DNA of 64,000 nt from the human T2T-CHM13v2.0 reference genome, Homo sapiens (GCF_009914755.1 NC_060926.1), one strand, 5' to 3'. Positions 1-17,781 are shown, counted from the stretch's first letter. The notes: a model not told the origin generated them from the sequence alone. Numbers and translations: made by a program.

Positions 1-517
1 TATAAGGAATGGCAGCAGAAGCGAAAGGCACAGGAGCCTGCTAAGGTTAAGGAGTTGGCTAAGGTCGACTATGTTTATGTTTGAGTTACATGTAAATATA
101 CAGGTAATTTTGTAATTATAATTTCAGTAAATGAATTAGTTATTTTCCTCTTGATGATTTCAATCAATCCATTACTGTACCAAACTACCAGCTTCAGAAA
201 ATCATCGCTCATACATAAAGAGAGGAACAACAAAGAGCAGCTGGTTTATTTGCAGGACCGTGGGGCATTGCAGAAAGGCTGTTCGAATGTGATGGAAGGG
301 AATTCAGCAAAGGATCAGAAGGGACTCACTCGCATCCACTTCTCCCAGCCACGGTCCACTGCTCATCCCCCAGGCTGTGAGAGGACGTGGATCCATGGTG
401 TTAACACACACTGCAGGAGGAGCCCCTTGCAGCTGTCTCTGAACTAAGAATATTTCCACTATGAAACTCACAACAGATCCAAATGCTGTTAGAGTCTGCA
501 TGAAGTGCCAGAAGGAG

Positions 518-1572
<1,055 letters not shown>

Positions 1573-3202
1573 GGAGCCCTGGTTCCCTGACCAATAAATC
1601 TACATTGAGTTCCCAGCTGGCCATACACTAGCAGGCAAGTCACCTAACCTCACTGAGCCATTGTTTTTCCATCTGGAAAATGCAATAATACTTGATCTGC
1701 CCACTTCACATAGTTGTAATGACAGCTACAAGTTCTAGGAGAACAGAATGTGTCCATCTCCTTCCTTATTTGAATCCCTGTGCCTTGCAGAGTCAGGCTC
1801 ATAGTAAACTCAGAGCACGTGGATGGTTACCTGATAGTTCAAATGATGCATGCAAAAGAACATTCTTAAACTAGCAAGTAACACCCAGATATAAGAGATA
1901 GTCTGTGTTTCTCTTCTGACTCCTGCTCCTTCCACTCCCCCAACTATTCTTGCTCCACCAATGCCCCTGTAACCAACCCATCCTCCAACCTAAGAGTTTT
2001 CCCCAGGTCTCCCCAGCCAGTGTGATGTCCCCAAATATACAGTCAACTGACCATAGTCAAGGACAACTGTGGTTCCAAAATCCCCCAGCACAGTTAAAGT
2101 CTCCTAACCACCTAGATCACAGTACTCCCAACATTTTTAGGTTACCAGTATCTCCCAGGCCACCCCTCACACAGAAGCATTCCTCTACAGATCCCCAGGA
2201 ATATCCCCAAAAAGCCTTCCCTAGTCAGACAAGCTTCCCTCAGGCTCTCACCCTTTCCAGCTTCTCCATTCAGCTCAGCCTAGCTTCTCAGGCCCCAGTC
2301 TTCCCACTTCACCCCAGTACTCACATCTCTGAAGACAGCCCCTACTTCACCCTCCCAGTGGACAGTGGAGAAAAAAGTGGAACCTGATAGGCAGGAGCCA
2401 CACTATTCGCCCTTCACCTTCACCCTTAGCAGCCTCTAAAACGGATGCCCTGGGATAACCTAGAAGGAAACCAGGACGAATTCAACAGAACACTGCACTA
2501 TTTTGCTAACACTAATCAGATGAATGTGACACAGGGAAAAAAATAAAACCAAAAGTAAAAGGCGGAACTGAGTTCGTAACCTGGTTTGCCACATTCACTG
2601 CTGACCAGCTGCATGATATGCTGCTCAACATCCCCAAGCATCCATTTTACCACCTATAAAGTGAAGATAACAGTACCTTTTGCACAGTGTCAGGAAGGCC
2701 AAAGGAAATCATGTAAGTACATAGCACAGCACCTGGTACTTTATACACCTCAGTAAATATCAGTTTCCCTCCTCCCCTGACTCAATGCGTCCACTTGCAG
2801 CCACACCTCCCAGACCCAGATGGAAGCCCTCACACGTGGGTCCTCCTTCCTTCATCACTGGAGGAAGGAAATTAACATTTCCAGGGCATCTTCTCCATAC
2901 TGGCCCTTCTCAGAATTACCCTGGAGGCTCAGAGATGTTAGGTGACTTTCTCAAGTTCACACAGCTCCTACCAAGCTCAGCTGAGGTTCAATCCTAATTC
3001 TCTAGAACTCCAAAGTCTACTTTCCATGCTTCTCACAGCACTCTCCTTCCAAAGGATGCACATCAGTCAGCATCACAAACTGGTTAAAATGATTATACAA
3101 CATCAAGAAAAGAAATTCATCATCCAGGAAGGGCCATTTACTCAGGGGACCTCTTTACCGTATTTTCAAACATCCCTCTGTCCTTGAGTCTCCTTGTCTT
3201 AT

Positions 3203-3236
3203 CTGCATTTCCCACTCACTCCACAAGGTGGCAATA
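3203..3236 (+). promoter_or_regulatory. Candidate CTCF site with upstream motif
   Basis: Core CCACAAGGTGGCAA (3221-3234) preceded by TGCATTTCCC (3204-3213); motif match only. Confidence 0.35.
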
Positions 3237-3296
3237 TTCAACAGAGTTACCTGTAAAACAGCCTCTCCCTCCACCTCATTTAAGAATCTGCAAGGA

Positions 3297-3610
3297 GACC
3301 AGGCGCGGTGGCTCACGCCAGTAATCCCAGCACTTTGGGAGGCTGAGGCGGGCAGATCGCATGAGGCTGAGAGTTCGAGACCACCCTGACCAACATGACG
3401 AAACCCCATCTCTACTAAAAATACAAAAATTAGCCAGGCTTGGTGGCACACACCTGTAACCCCAGCTACTCGGGAGGCTGAGATAGGAGAATCGCTTTAA
3501 TCCGGGAAGGCGGAGGTTGCAGTGAGCCAAGATCACACCACTGCATCCCAGCCTGGGTGACAGAGTGAGACCCTGTCTCAAAAAAAAAAAAAAAAAAAAA
3601 GAAAAAAAAA
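3297..3610 (+). mobile_element. Alu (AluS)
   Basis: Dimeric Alu, poly-A tail, TSD AATCTGCAAGGA. Confidence 0.95.
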
Positions 3611-3957
3611 TCTGCAAGGAAAGACGCACCCTGAAATACACTGGGAAGAACACACATAAGTATCCCAACAGAAATGCTTCCTTTTAAATTCCCATCACTC
3701 CCTGAGGACAAAAAGATGCCATCTCTGAGGCTTATCTGACACTTTGTTCCTACAGGTAAAGCCAGAAAAACAAGAAAAAAGGGGGAAAAAGTATGAAAAT
3801 TGGATAAGAAGAAAAGGAACATCAAAGGGAAGGGGCAAATAATAAGGGACAGGGCCAGAGTCAATGGCAAAGGGAAGCAAGAAGGAAAGAAAAGGATGTT
3901 CTGTTTGCAGAGCCTGCATTTCTTCCATCAGTGGATCCTAATTCCCAGGTTAGGGCA

Positions 3958-5078
<1,121 letters not shown>

Positions 5079-5688
5079 TGGGACATTAGCATCAGAGAGA
5101 AATGGTCACTTGGCCAGTATCCCACAGAAGTCGGGGCAGAGTCTACCTTTTAGCCTCTAAGCACCATTGGGGCACTGAATTCATAATTAAAATTTTTAAA
5201 TACAAAAAGAAAAAGAGCTTAATGAAAACATAATACTATAACAAAAGAGCTAATATTTGTTTCATCAGAGTTCCAGAAGGGGAGGAGAAAGAGAACTGGA
5301 CTGAAAAAGTACTCAAAGAAATAATGATTGAAAATTTCCCAAATTTGACAAAAGATATAACTCACAGATTCAAGTTTTGTAAACCCCAAATAATAATCAA
5401 AAGAAATCCACAACAAGGCACGTCATATTTGAACTTGTGAAAAGTAAAGACAAAGAAAAAACATCTTGAACAGCAGCAAGAGAGAAGTGACAGGTATCGG
5501 GGAAAAAAATGCAAGTGACAACAGATTTCACAAAAGAAACCAAGAGGCCAGAAGGAAAACTGTTACGGCATTTTTCATGTGTCGAAAGAAAACAACTGTC
5601 AACTCAGAATTCCATATCTAGAGAAAATACCCTTTAGGAATGAAGGAGAAATCAAGACACTCTCAGATAAAAGAAAACTAAGGGAATT

Positions 5689-5789
5689 TCTTGCTAGCAG
5701 GCCAGGTCTTTTTTTGGGAGGGGGGTGGGGAGGTGGGGAGACAGGGTCTTGCTAGCAGGCCAGGTCTTTTTTTGGGAGGGGGGTGGGGA

Positions 5790-5811
<22 letters not shown>
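5689..5811. repeat. Perfect 58-bp tandem duplication, G-rich
   Basis: TCTTGCT recurs at 5689, 5747 and 5805; the two units are identical. Confidence 0.95.
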
Positions 5812-6124
<313 letters not shown>

Positions 6125-6832
6125 TAAAAGGAATTTAAAACATCACAATGGCAAAAAGAACAACAGAAAGAGCAAACACAGTGGTAAATTCAATAGACTT
6201 TCCTTCTCCTCTTGAGTTGTCTAAGTTATATTTAATGGTTGAAGCAAAAATTGTCTGATGTTTTTCTAAGCATATCTAGAAGAAAGAGTTAAGACAACAT
6301 TATAAGTGGGAGAGAGAGGGTAAAGGAACGTAAGGAGAGTTAAGGGTTCTATACTTCACTTGAACTGGTAAAATGTTGACAACAATAGATAATGATAAAT
6401 TATGTATATATAACATAATACCTGGACCAACCACTATAAAAGCAGATAAAACAAAATGGAATTCTAAAAAATGTTCAAGAAAATCACAGGAAGGGAGAAA
6501 AAAGGAAACCAATAAATTAAAGACAGGAAGCAAAGAGAAAAAATAAAACAAAATGGCAAATTTAAGCTGTATTGTATCAACAATCACACTCAGTGTAAAT
6601 GGTCTAAATACACCAATTAAAAGACAGAAATTGGGGACATGTTGATCAAAGAGTACAAAGTTGTAGTTAGACAGGAGGAACAAATAAAATGTATTTATGG
6701 TGATTGATATATTAATTAGCTTGAGTCACTCATTTCACACTCTATACATTTATTATAACATCGCTTTGTACCTGGTACATATAATATCAAAAAAAAAATA
6801 GAGCTTGGCAGAGGGATTAAACCCATTACTCA

Positions 6833-6973
<141 letters not shown>

Positions 6974-7084
6974 TTAAAAAAAAAAAATTAAAAAAAAAAT
7001 AAAATCAGCATTCTGTCTACCAGAAAATACTTCAAATATGACCATCTAGACAGTTTGAAAGTAAAAGGGTAGACAAGGATATAT

Positions 7085-7396
7085 AGTCATCCCTGTGGGG
7101 GATATTACTTTCAGGACCCCCTGAGTATACCAAAATCCTTGTATGCTCAAGTTCCTTACATAAAATAGCATACTATTTACATATAATCTATGTACACCCT
7201 TCCCTGTACTTTAAATCATCTCTAGGTTATTTACAACACTTAATACACTGTAAATGCAATGTAAATAGCTGTTATACTGTATTTTAAAATTTGTATTATT
7301 TTTATTGTTGTGTCATTATTTTTTTTCAAATATTTTCAATCTTTGTGGTTGCTTAAATTCACAGTGTGGAACCAGCTGATACAGAGGGCTGACTGG
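7085..7396. mobile_element. MER2 (TcMar-Tigger) relic
   Basis: Termini AGTCATCCCT...AGAGGGCTGACTG are inverted; internal MER2-like sequence. Confidence 0.75.
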
Positions 7397-7925
7397 GCAG
7401 TGAAAACATTAATCCAAAAAATACAGGATTGGCTATACTATTATCAGATAAAGTAAACTTCAAAGCAAAGAAAATTACCAGGGACAGACAGGGATATACC
7501 ATAATGATAAAGGGTCAATCCAGCAAGAAGACATAGCAATTCTAAATGTGTACACACCAAACAACAGAGCCGCAAAATATGTGAAGCAAAAACTAATAGA
7601 ATGAAAAGGAGAAATAGAAAAATCCACAATTACAACTGGAGTGTTCAACATCCCTCTCGCCACTATTGATAAAACAAGAGAGAAAATCAGCAAGATTATA
7701 GAAGAACTCAACAATGCTATATCCGGCGGAATCAAACTGACATTTAGATTCCACTCCAGCCAACAGAAGAAGAATACACATTTTCTTCAAGTGCTTATGG
7801 AACATATCCCAAGACAAACCATATCCTGGGGCATGATGCAAACCTCAACAAATGCAAAATAATAAATTATACAGTTCATTCTCTAACCACAATGGAATCT
7901 TCCACAAAGGAAGAATTTGCTAATA

Positions 7926-8180
7926 CAGGTTGAATATCCCTTATCCAAAATGCGTGGGACCAGAAGCATTTTGGATTTCACATTTTTTTCAGATTCTGGA
8001 ATATTTATTTGCATTATACTTACCGGTGACGCGTCCTTAATTTGAAAATCGGAAATCTGAAGTGCCTCAATTAGCAGTTTCTTTGAGCAGGGCTTCTGAG
8101 TATCATATCAGGGCTCAAAAAAGTTTTGAATTTGTGGGAATTTTGGATTTCAGATTTCTGGGTTAGGAATGTTCAACCTG
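7926..8180 (+). mobile_element. Tigger4a/MER46-like relic
   Basis: TIRs CAGGTTGAATATCCC ... GGAATGTTCAACCTG. Confidence 0.75.
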
Positions 8181-8281
8181 AATTAAATATTTACTGCTTC
8201 AAAGTTTCTTAAACAAATCTTCCTTCTTCTGTGCCGGTCAGTACGCTGTTGTCTCTCAGCTTCAAAATCACTTTTCTTTTC

Positions 8282-8587
<306 letters not shown>

Positions 8588-10604
8588 AAAATCACTTTTC
8601 TTTCCCTGCTCTGTGATGCTGGGGCTGAAACTGTACTTTGCCATTAGGCTTTGGTAATAGAGGACACTAAGAGGGAATCTTCAAGGCTGGAGGAGGGAAA
8701 GGGGACGTGCTCTTTCCTGGCAGCTTCTTATTTCTGAGTATCACCCAGCTCTGCTGCTTTACATCGGCAGCAGCAGTTACTTGCAACAGCAGCAGCTGAA
8801 TCCAGTTTGCAGTTTTTCCAACACTTGAATGACCAGTCTTATCACGCTGCCTCAGAGACACCAGCACCAGCCAGCAGGGCTCCCTCCTCAAGAGATGTGG
8901 GTTCCAGGTCCACAGGGCACCTCCTCTGAGCCCAGGGACACAAGCACCAGTTGAGCAGCACCCCTTTCTCTAAACTTCCAACCTCTTCCTTTGCAGCCCA
9001 GACCTAGGAGTGTGAGTGCTTCCTGCAGCTACCACCTCCGTGTTCCCTTAGCGTTCCCTTTTTGCCTTTTCAGTTCCTTAAGTAGATGATGCTTTATATT
9101 AAATGTCCTCTCTTACATGAACTGGGATGGTTTGTCTCCTGACTGATACTGTAAGTCCCACACTGGATGCTCTGAGACCTCCTCACCTTACACCAGCTCC
9201 CCGGACTTGAGACCATTTTCCAAGCGTGGCTGTCATTAACCTGACTGAGTTATCAGCATCTGGGAGGCAGCTTTAAGACACCACGAGGTGGGAGAGGTGA
9301 GAGCACACTCACAAGCAATCAGTTGAAAGGTTGCTCACCTGAGCGTGGCAGCGGAAGGCGGCCGAGACCTTGCCCGGATCCCTTACCTCCTGGCTCTTCT
9401 CGCCTTGTGTCCCTGCTGCTTCCTTCTTTCTCAGAGCCTCCCAACTGAACTCCTTTTCTGGCTCTTGCTACCCAAACCTGACCTTTCCTCCATCATGGTG
9501 TGCCCGGCCTTCCACCAGAGCACATCTGCTATGAAACCTGTGTCTTCTTTTATCTTACCATCATTGTTGAACTGGGCAAAGCAATTACATCAATTTTGAA
9601 ATTGTCTATGTGTTTTGTGGGTTGTTTTTGTCTCCATTTTTACAGCAATTAAACATCAGTATTGTTTCCCAGTATCTCTAGTTCTCCTCCTTCCTGGCAC
9701 ATAGCAGGATTACACCTCCCTGCCCCTTATATGACTCAATTTGGTCAGTAAAATGTGAATGAAAATAATGTGTGTCATTTCTAAGTGGAAGCATTTAAGA
9801 GATGGTGAACAGTTTTCCATTTTCCCACTTCCCTTGTTGCTGTCACCCAGTGATGCTCCAGAAGACTAAGGCTCTGTCTACCTTGTCCCTGAGTGAGTGA
9901 CATGGAACAGAGGCTTCCACCAACCCTAATGAACAAGTAGCATAAGCAAGAAATAAACCTTTGTTTCAAATCACTAAATTTGTGGTGACAAATCACTAGA
10001 TTTTGTGATCACAGCATAACCCAACCTGCCCTTAGTGATGCTTAAGATGACCCAGAGTCCTCACGCCTTATTCGCAATTTAGAGTACAATGCATTCTGGT
10101 TACATTTGGCATTAAATATTAGTTTAGTGATAGTTAGACAGTGCTTTCATGGGATGGCACCTTTGAGAAAACGATGCTGCCCTGGAGAATGAGTTAATGT
10201 TCCTGTAGGCTTCAGAAGGCAATAATGTAGCTTCTCAAAACCTGGACTGGGTGCTCAGCTTCCCCTTTGAGTCAAAGTATAAACCCACACATAATACACA
10301 GAAGCAAGGTAACAAGTCACCTGAAAAAATAGAATGGCTCCTGAAACAGAGAAGCTAGTACTATCATTTGTTTTATTCCATAGCATATCTAAGAAAAGAA
10401 TGTAAGTTGAAAAGGGAATATTCAGAAATAGGAACATAGAAAGGAGAGCCAGAGAGGTAAACTCACTCAACCAACGTTCATTAAGTACCTCTTATATGCT
10501 TGGCTGACTGCTAGATGCTAAAGTTACAGCCATGAGGATGAAAGTCAGGACCCCTACCTTGAAGGGGCTTACAGCCAGAACGGAAGACAGATAATCATTA
10601 AACC

Positions 10605-10991
10605 ACATTTAGTTTAAAGCTGCCTTCTTACATATTTTAAGTTCAGCCTAAAGGTCTCTCCGTACGTAGTGAACTGTAACCTAACTAGATGTGTCAATAG
10701 ACTGTAACCTGCTCTTGTACCAGTCACACAGTTTTGGCCAATCACAGGTGGCCAACCATTCAAACTGTATTCAAATAAGGCAAATGCTGAGCTGCAACCG
10801 ATCCAGTTATTTCTGCACCTCACTTCTGTTTTCTGGACTTTTCTTTTTCTGTCCATAAATGGATCCGACTATGTGGCAGCCCCAGAGTGGCTCTGAGCCT
10901 ATTCTGGTTCTGGGGACTGCCAAATTTTCGAATCATTCTTTTCTAAATTAAACTCTGTTAAAGTTAATTTGTCTAAAGTTTTCCTTTAACA
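10605..10991 (+). mobile_element. ERV1 solo LTR (MER57-like)
   Basis: AAAGCTGCCTTCTTACATATTTTAAGTTCAGCCTAAAGG start; ends TTTAACA. Confidence 0.7.
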
Positions 10992-11485
10992 TAATTAAGC
11001 CAGCGACCATCATGAAGCAGGATGTGACCATAATAGAGAAGCACATGGAGCCCCGGGAGCCAGAAAGCGATAGGAGTTAGGCAGGACAGGGCAGGGTGGG
11101 CTTGGGGGTGAGGTACAGAGTTTCAGCTCTGCAAGGTGAATACATCCACATCTGGTGTACAAATTGCTCCTACAGTCAACAACACTATATTCTACACTTA
11201 AAATTTTGTTAAGAGGGTAGACTTCTTGTTAAGTGTTCTTACCAAAATGAAAATAAATAAAACTATAAGTATAAATATAAAAAGAAGAAGAGTATTCTAA
11301 GCAGAGAGACCAGTGTGTGTCAACTTTCTGAGACTGAACACAACAGGGCCAGCAAATGGTTAGACAGAATTCAGCAAGACCGGAGCATAACTGAGGAGAG
11401 AGAGACCAGGGAGAAGAAAGGTCAAGATCTTGTGTGGCTTTGAAGTCTGCATTAAGAAGTTTGGGTTTTGGAGTAACACAGTCAG

Positions 11486-11822
<337 letters not shown>

Positions 11823-11860
11823 AGATTTACTTTTTAGAAAACAGTTCTCTGACTGCTGAG

Positions 11861-13700
11861 GCATTCTTATGCCTTTACATCCTCATAGCTTAGCTTCCAC
11901 TTATGAGTGAGAACATATGATGTTTGGTTTTCCATTCCTGAGTTACTTCACTTAAAATAATGGTCTCTCATTCTATCCAGGTTGCCACAAGTGCTATTAC
12001 TTCGTTCCTTCTTATGGCTGAGTATATTCCATGGTGTATGTGTGTATATATATATATATACCACAATTTCTTTATCCACCTGTTGATTGGTGGGCATTTG
12101 AGCTGGTTCCATATTTTTGCAACTGTGAATTGTGCTGCTATAAGCATGCAAGTGCAAGTATCTTTTTTGTATAATGACTTATTTTCCTCTGGGTAGATAC
12201 CCAGTAGTGGGATTGCTGGATCAAATAGTAGTTCTACATTTAGTTATTTAAGGAATCTCCACACTGTTTTCCATGGTGGTTGTACTAGTTTACATTTCTA
12301 CCAGCAGTGTAAGAGTGTTCCCTTTTCACCACAACCCTGCCAACATCTATTTTTTTTTAATTTTTTTGATTATGGCCATTCTTGAGGGAGTAAGGTGGTA
12401 TTGCACTGTGGTTTTGATTTGCATTTCCCTAATCATTAGTGATGTTGAGCATTTTTCATATGTTTGTTGGCCATTTGTATATCTCCTTTTGAGAATTGTC
12501 TATTCATGTCCTTAGCCCACTTTTTGGTGGGATTGTTTGTTTTTTCTTGCTAATTTATTTAAGCTCCTTCTAGGTTCTGGATATTAGTTATCTGTCAGAT
12601 ATATAGATTGCAAAGATTTTCTCCCACTCTGTGGGTTGTCTGTTTACTCTGCTGATGTTTCTGTTGCTATGCGGAAGCTTTTTAGTTTAATTAAGTACAA
12701 TCTATTTATCTTTGTTTTTGTTGCATTTGCTTTGGAGTTCTTGGTCATAAAGTCTTTTCCTAAGCCAGTGTCTAGAAGGGTTTTTTCAATGTTATCTTCT
12801 AGAATTTTTATGGTTTCAGGTCTTAGATTTAAGTCTTTGATCCACCTTGAGTTGATTTTTGTGTAAGATGAGAGATGAGGATCCAGCTTCATTCTTTTAC
12901 AGGTGGTTGGCCAATTATCTCAGCACCATTTGTTGAATAGGGTGTCCTTTCCCCACTTTATGTTTTTGTTTGCTTTGTTGAAGATCAGTTGGCTGTAAGT
13001 ATTTAGCTTTATTTCTGGGTTCTCTATTCTGTTCGATTGGTCTATGTGCTATTTTTATACCAGCATCAAGCTGTTTTGGTGACTATGGCCTTACAGTATA
13101 CTTTGAAATCACGTAATGCGATGCCTCCAGATTTGTTATTTTTGCTTAGTCTTGCTTTGGCTATGTGGTCTCTCTTTTGGTTCCATATGAGTTTTAGGAT
13201 TGTTTTTTCTAGTTCTGTGAAGAGTGATGGTGGTATTCTGATGGGAATTCCATTGAATCTGTAGTTTGCTTTTGGCAGTATGGTCATCATTTTCACAATA
13301 TTGATTCTACCCATCCATGAGCATGGGATGTGTTTCTATTTGTTTGTGTCATCTATTATTTCTTTCAGCAGTGTTTTGTAGTTTTCCTTGTAGAGGTCTT
13401 TCACCTCCTTAGTTAGGTATATTCCTAAGCATTTTATTTTTTTGCAGCTACTGTAAAAGGGGTTGAGTACTTGATTTGATTCTCAGCGTGGTCGCTGTTT
13501 GTGTATAGCAGAGCTACTGATTTGTGTACGTTAATTTTGTATCCTGAAACTTTGCTGAATTCATTTATCAATTCTAGGAGCTTTTAGGAGGAATCTTTAG
13601 GGTTTTCAAGTATGCCTCTCATACTTACCAGCCTATATACGATTATATTATCAGCAAACAGCGACAGTTTGACTTCCTCTTTACTGATTTGGATGCCCCC
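11861..13700 (-). mobile_element. L1PB-like ORF2 3' part and 3'UTR
   Basis: Minus-strand ORF fragments match the L1 ORF2 C-terminus ([21 protein letters not shown]; [12 protein letters not shown]). Confidence 0.9.
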
Positions 13701-13898
13701 GAGAAGAGATTAGATCATAGGTGAGCAGAGAGGAGACTTGGGAACCCCTTAGGAAAGAGATGAAAGTGGTCTGAATTCGGGTAGTAATAGATGCATGGAA
13801 AGAAGAGACATGGAGACAGAGGAGATGGCAAGACTTGGTGGCAGATTAGCTAAAGGGGCAAGAAAAAAGAAAACTCTAAAACAAGCATGATTCCCCTG

Positions 13899-14332
13899 TG
13901 CTATGGTTTGAGTTTATCCCCAGACCTCATGTTGAAATTTGATCCCCATTATGGTAGCGTTGGAAGGTGGGCCTAGTGGGAGTTGGGGTCATGGGGTCTG
14001 ATCCCTCATGAATGGTTTGGTGCCATTCTTGCCTAGTAAGTGAGTTCTAGAGTTCTAGCTCAGATGAGACTGGATTCATTTCCTGGAGAGTGGGTTGTTA
14101 TAAAGCCAGGATGTCCCTCGGGCTGCCTCTTCGTCACACGTCTGTTTCCCCTTTGATCCTCTCCACCATGTTATGATACACAATGTGGCCCTCACCAGAA
14201 GCCAAACAGATGCCAGCACCATGCTTCTCATACTTACCAGCCTGCAGGACCATGAGCTAAATAAACCTCTTTTCTTTATAAATTACCCAGCCTCAGGTAT
14301 CCTGTTATAGCAGCACTACACAGACTAAGATG
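13899..14332 (+). mobile_element. MaLR LTR (MST-like)
   Basis: TGCTATGGTTTG start; AATAAACCTCTTTTCTTTATAAATTACCCAGCCTCAGGTAT...GACTAAGA end. Confidence 0.85.
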
Positions 14333-14517
14333 TCAGGTTTCTGTCTTGAGTGAGTAGGTAGGCAGTGGTGCCAGGTGCCAAACTGGGGAACCCAGGAGGA
14401 AAAGCAGGTTTGGGAGCAGCTCAGGAGAGGGGAGTGAGCCCATTCAAGCACTGCCCTGATGACGAGGTCCCAGTTTAGGCAGGAACAAAATTTAGTCTGC
14501 CAGGGTTACAACTATGG

Positions 14518-14880
14518 TTATCTTAGTCACCTCAAGCTGCCATAACAAATTACCAGAGCCTTCAGGGGGACTTAGACTCACGGTTCTACAGGCTGAAAGT
14601 CCAGGATCAGGATGCCAGCATAGCTAGGCTCTGCTGAGGACCCCCTTCCTGGCTTGTAAATTTCCACCTTCTTGCTATGTTCTCATGTGCTGGGGAAGAA
14701 AGGAGGTCTTCCTATTTTTATAAGATCATAGTCCTATAGGATCAGGACTCCACACTTAGGGCCTTATTTAATCTTAATTACCTCCTCATGACCCTATCTC
14801 CAGATACATTCACACTGGAAGCTGGGGCTTCAACATGTAAATTGGTGTGGGGAAAGGTACACCATTCAGCCCTTAACAGT
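14518..14880 (-). mobile_element. MaLR LTR (MLT1A-like)
   Basis: GCTGCCATAACAAATTACC...CTTAATTACCTCC reverse MLT1 signature. Confidence 0.7.
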
Positions 14881-17127
14881 GGTGGAACAGTTGGGCTGAG
14901 TTGTCCCCCAAGATAGAACACAGCCTAATGTCATTAAGTGTTCAGATGAGGTAGCTGGCTGTCTGTGTCTGGAGTCCATACTCTTCAAGCCACCTTCTGA
15001 TCATCTTGCTTCCTGTGGTCTTTAAGGAAAGAATGCACTGATCTTGCCAACATGATTGCTTGCTATACTTGGAGTACATTAAGTATTGTGGCTTAATTGG
15101 TGTGGGTCAGGATGGTCAAGTCTGAAAAACTCTGACCCACCAAAAGGCCACAGTCTTTTACTGTGGCTTGAAGAGTATGGACTCCCGACACAGAGAGCCA
15201 GCTACTTCATCTGAACACTTAATGACATTAGGCTGTGTTCTATCCTGGGGGACAACCCAACCCAACCATTTCACCACTGTTAAGGGCCAAATTGTGTACA
15301 AAATTGAGAGCCAGATTCTGGACCTTGGTGAACTCACTATAATACATTACAACTTACAAGGTTCCTAATGGCCAGCCAGTCTGTCTCAGGGAACATTCCT
15401 CCACACTAACAGTTTCCATCTTGCCTGGCTCATTTAGAAGGAAGAGACAACAGTTTCATTTATGTAGGCAAAGTAATAAAAGGAAAAGAGAAAGGACTTT
15501 GGAGCAGACCATTGCATTCACATGAATGGAGACCCACTGGAGTTGTGTAGTACACAACCCGCACTGCTGCACACAGAGGCGCTGCTTGCAGTTAATAGTG
15601 GAAGGTTCAAAGGCCAGCACCTCTGCTAACCAACTCTACATAGGGGCCTTAGGCAACTCACTAACTTCTCCATTAGGTGGAAAAAAAGTATCTACCTTGG
15701 ACAAGTAGATTGAGTGGAAAATGATGTGTTGAGCTTTTAAACCAGTACCTGGCATTTAGTGGGCAATCAAAAATGATGGCTATTTTTATTTTTAGTGGGG
15801 AAGAGAAAAGGGGATAATTAAAAGCCATGAAAGAGGCATTGTACCTTTTGCATCAATGTATGACTTCCACTGCTGCCAACCTAATATTGGGATGTAATGG
15901 TTAGTCAGAACCAACTCCCTAAATCCTGCAGGGCTGTGGGAGGAAAGGAAGATAGGACGGTGAATGGAATTGTTCATGAAATGGCATGGAGCCCATGTTT
16001 CTGCCCAAAGGGGATTAATTTTTTATTCTGATCACCACCACCCCCAATCAGGAAGATAGTCTTCCTGCAAAATGCAGCTAAAAATAACCCCTAACTAGCA
16101 TGAGGAAACTTCCAGGGATAACGTAGGTGTTTATAGTCTTGATTGTATGTGGTGATGGTCATGTATATATGTCAAAACATATTGCAATCTATTCTACATT
16201 AATTAAACTTCAATAAAGTTGCTTCTGTTGTTTTTAATGTTCTCCGGTCATCACTACTGTTTGCCAAACACTGACTTAAGCAGAGAATGCCACACATAGG
16301 GCTGGGGGGATAGGATTCAGGACAAAATGAGCACAGGTTAGAAAGAGATTATCAGCATTTTGAAGCACGAGTTTAAAAAAAAATAAGCCTCCTGGGAAAA
16401 TGATCAACCAAGACCGCAGTTAAACCAGGAACCTTTACAAATGCAAATATAAGAATGTTTTTCATATGATAGTAAAGACCCTAAAAAGCCAACTGCCAGC
16501 CCTTCTGTCCCCCCAGGATGGGACGCAGCAAAACCTCTAGGAAAGTCATTTCACAGACTCTCATGCCCTGACACATCTTGCATGCTGTTGTTGGAATAAT
16601 TCTTCTCAGAGAATATTTCCATCCCGAGCTCTCATTCTCTAATCTCCTGTGGCCCACTATGGCTTACAAAGCCAAACCCAGTTCCCACCTGCCTGCTCTG
16701 CAGACTCCTCTACAATACAGTCTCGCTGGCCTGCTGGCTGGTCCTCAGCACTTCTGGTCTCCACCCTAGGCTGCCCATCCCCCTTTTAGACCAAGCTTCA
16801 TTTTACATCCTCTGCTAATCTTTTCTTGGCTTCACCACTAGATGACCATTTATCTTTCCTTTCATTAAAAACCTGTCTATAGAGACTGTATTTCTGAACC
16901 CAAAATTGGAACATGTGGATACAGAGTTTTATGCTGTTGACAGATGTGAAAGACACTCTGGGAAAAGTCACTTGGATGCTCATAAATTGGACTTTGGAGG
17001 ATGTTTCGATAGTATGTGGGGCCAGGGAACAAGATATTTGAAATAGTGATTGTATAGGGTGTCCAGGGTGCATGGCTGGATCTTTCATTTGGCTTTTTGG
17101 CATGGGCTACCTACAGTGTATTACTAA

Positions 17128-17433
17128 TTTTTTTTTTTTTTTTTTTTTTTGAGACAGAATTTCACTCTTCTTGCCCAGGCTGGAGCGCAATGGCACGATC
17201 TCGGCTCACCACAACCTCCGCCTCCTGGGTTCAAGTGATTCTCCTTGCCTCAGCCTCCTGAGTAGCTGGGATTACAGGTGCCCTCCACCATGCCCAGCTG
17301 ATTTTGTGTTTTTAGTAGAGACCAGGTATCTCCATGTTGGTCAGGCTGGTCTCGAACTTCCGATCTCAGGTGATCCGCCTGCTTCACCCTCCCAAAGTGC
17401 TGGGATTACAGGCATGAGCCACTGCACCCGGCC
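17128..17433 (-). mobile_element. Alu (AluS)
   Basis: Reverse-strand dimeric Alu. Confidence 0.95.
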
Positions 17434-17451
17434 TATTAAATTATTTTAGTC

Positions 17452-17781
<330 letters not shown>

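Noticed and set aside
11948-13314. ORF fragments similar to L1 ORF2
   Set aside because: Frameshifted, truncated L1PB relic; not an active element or host gene.
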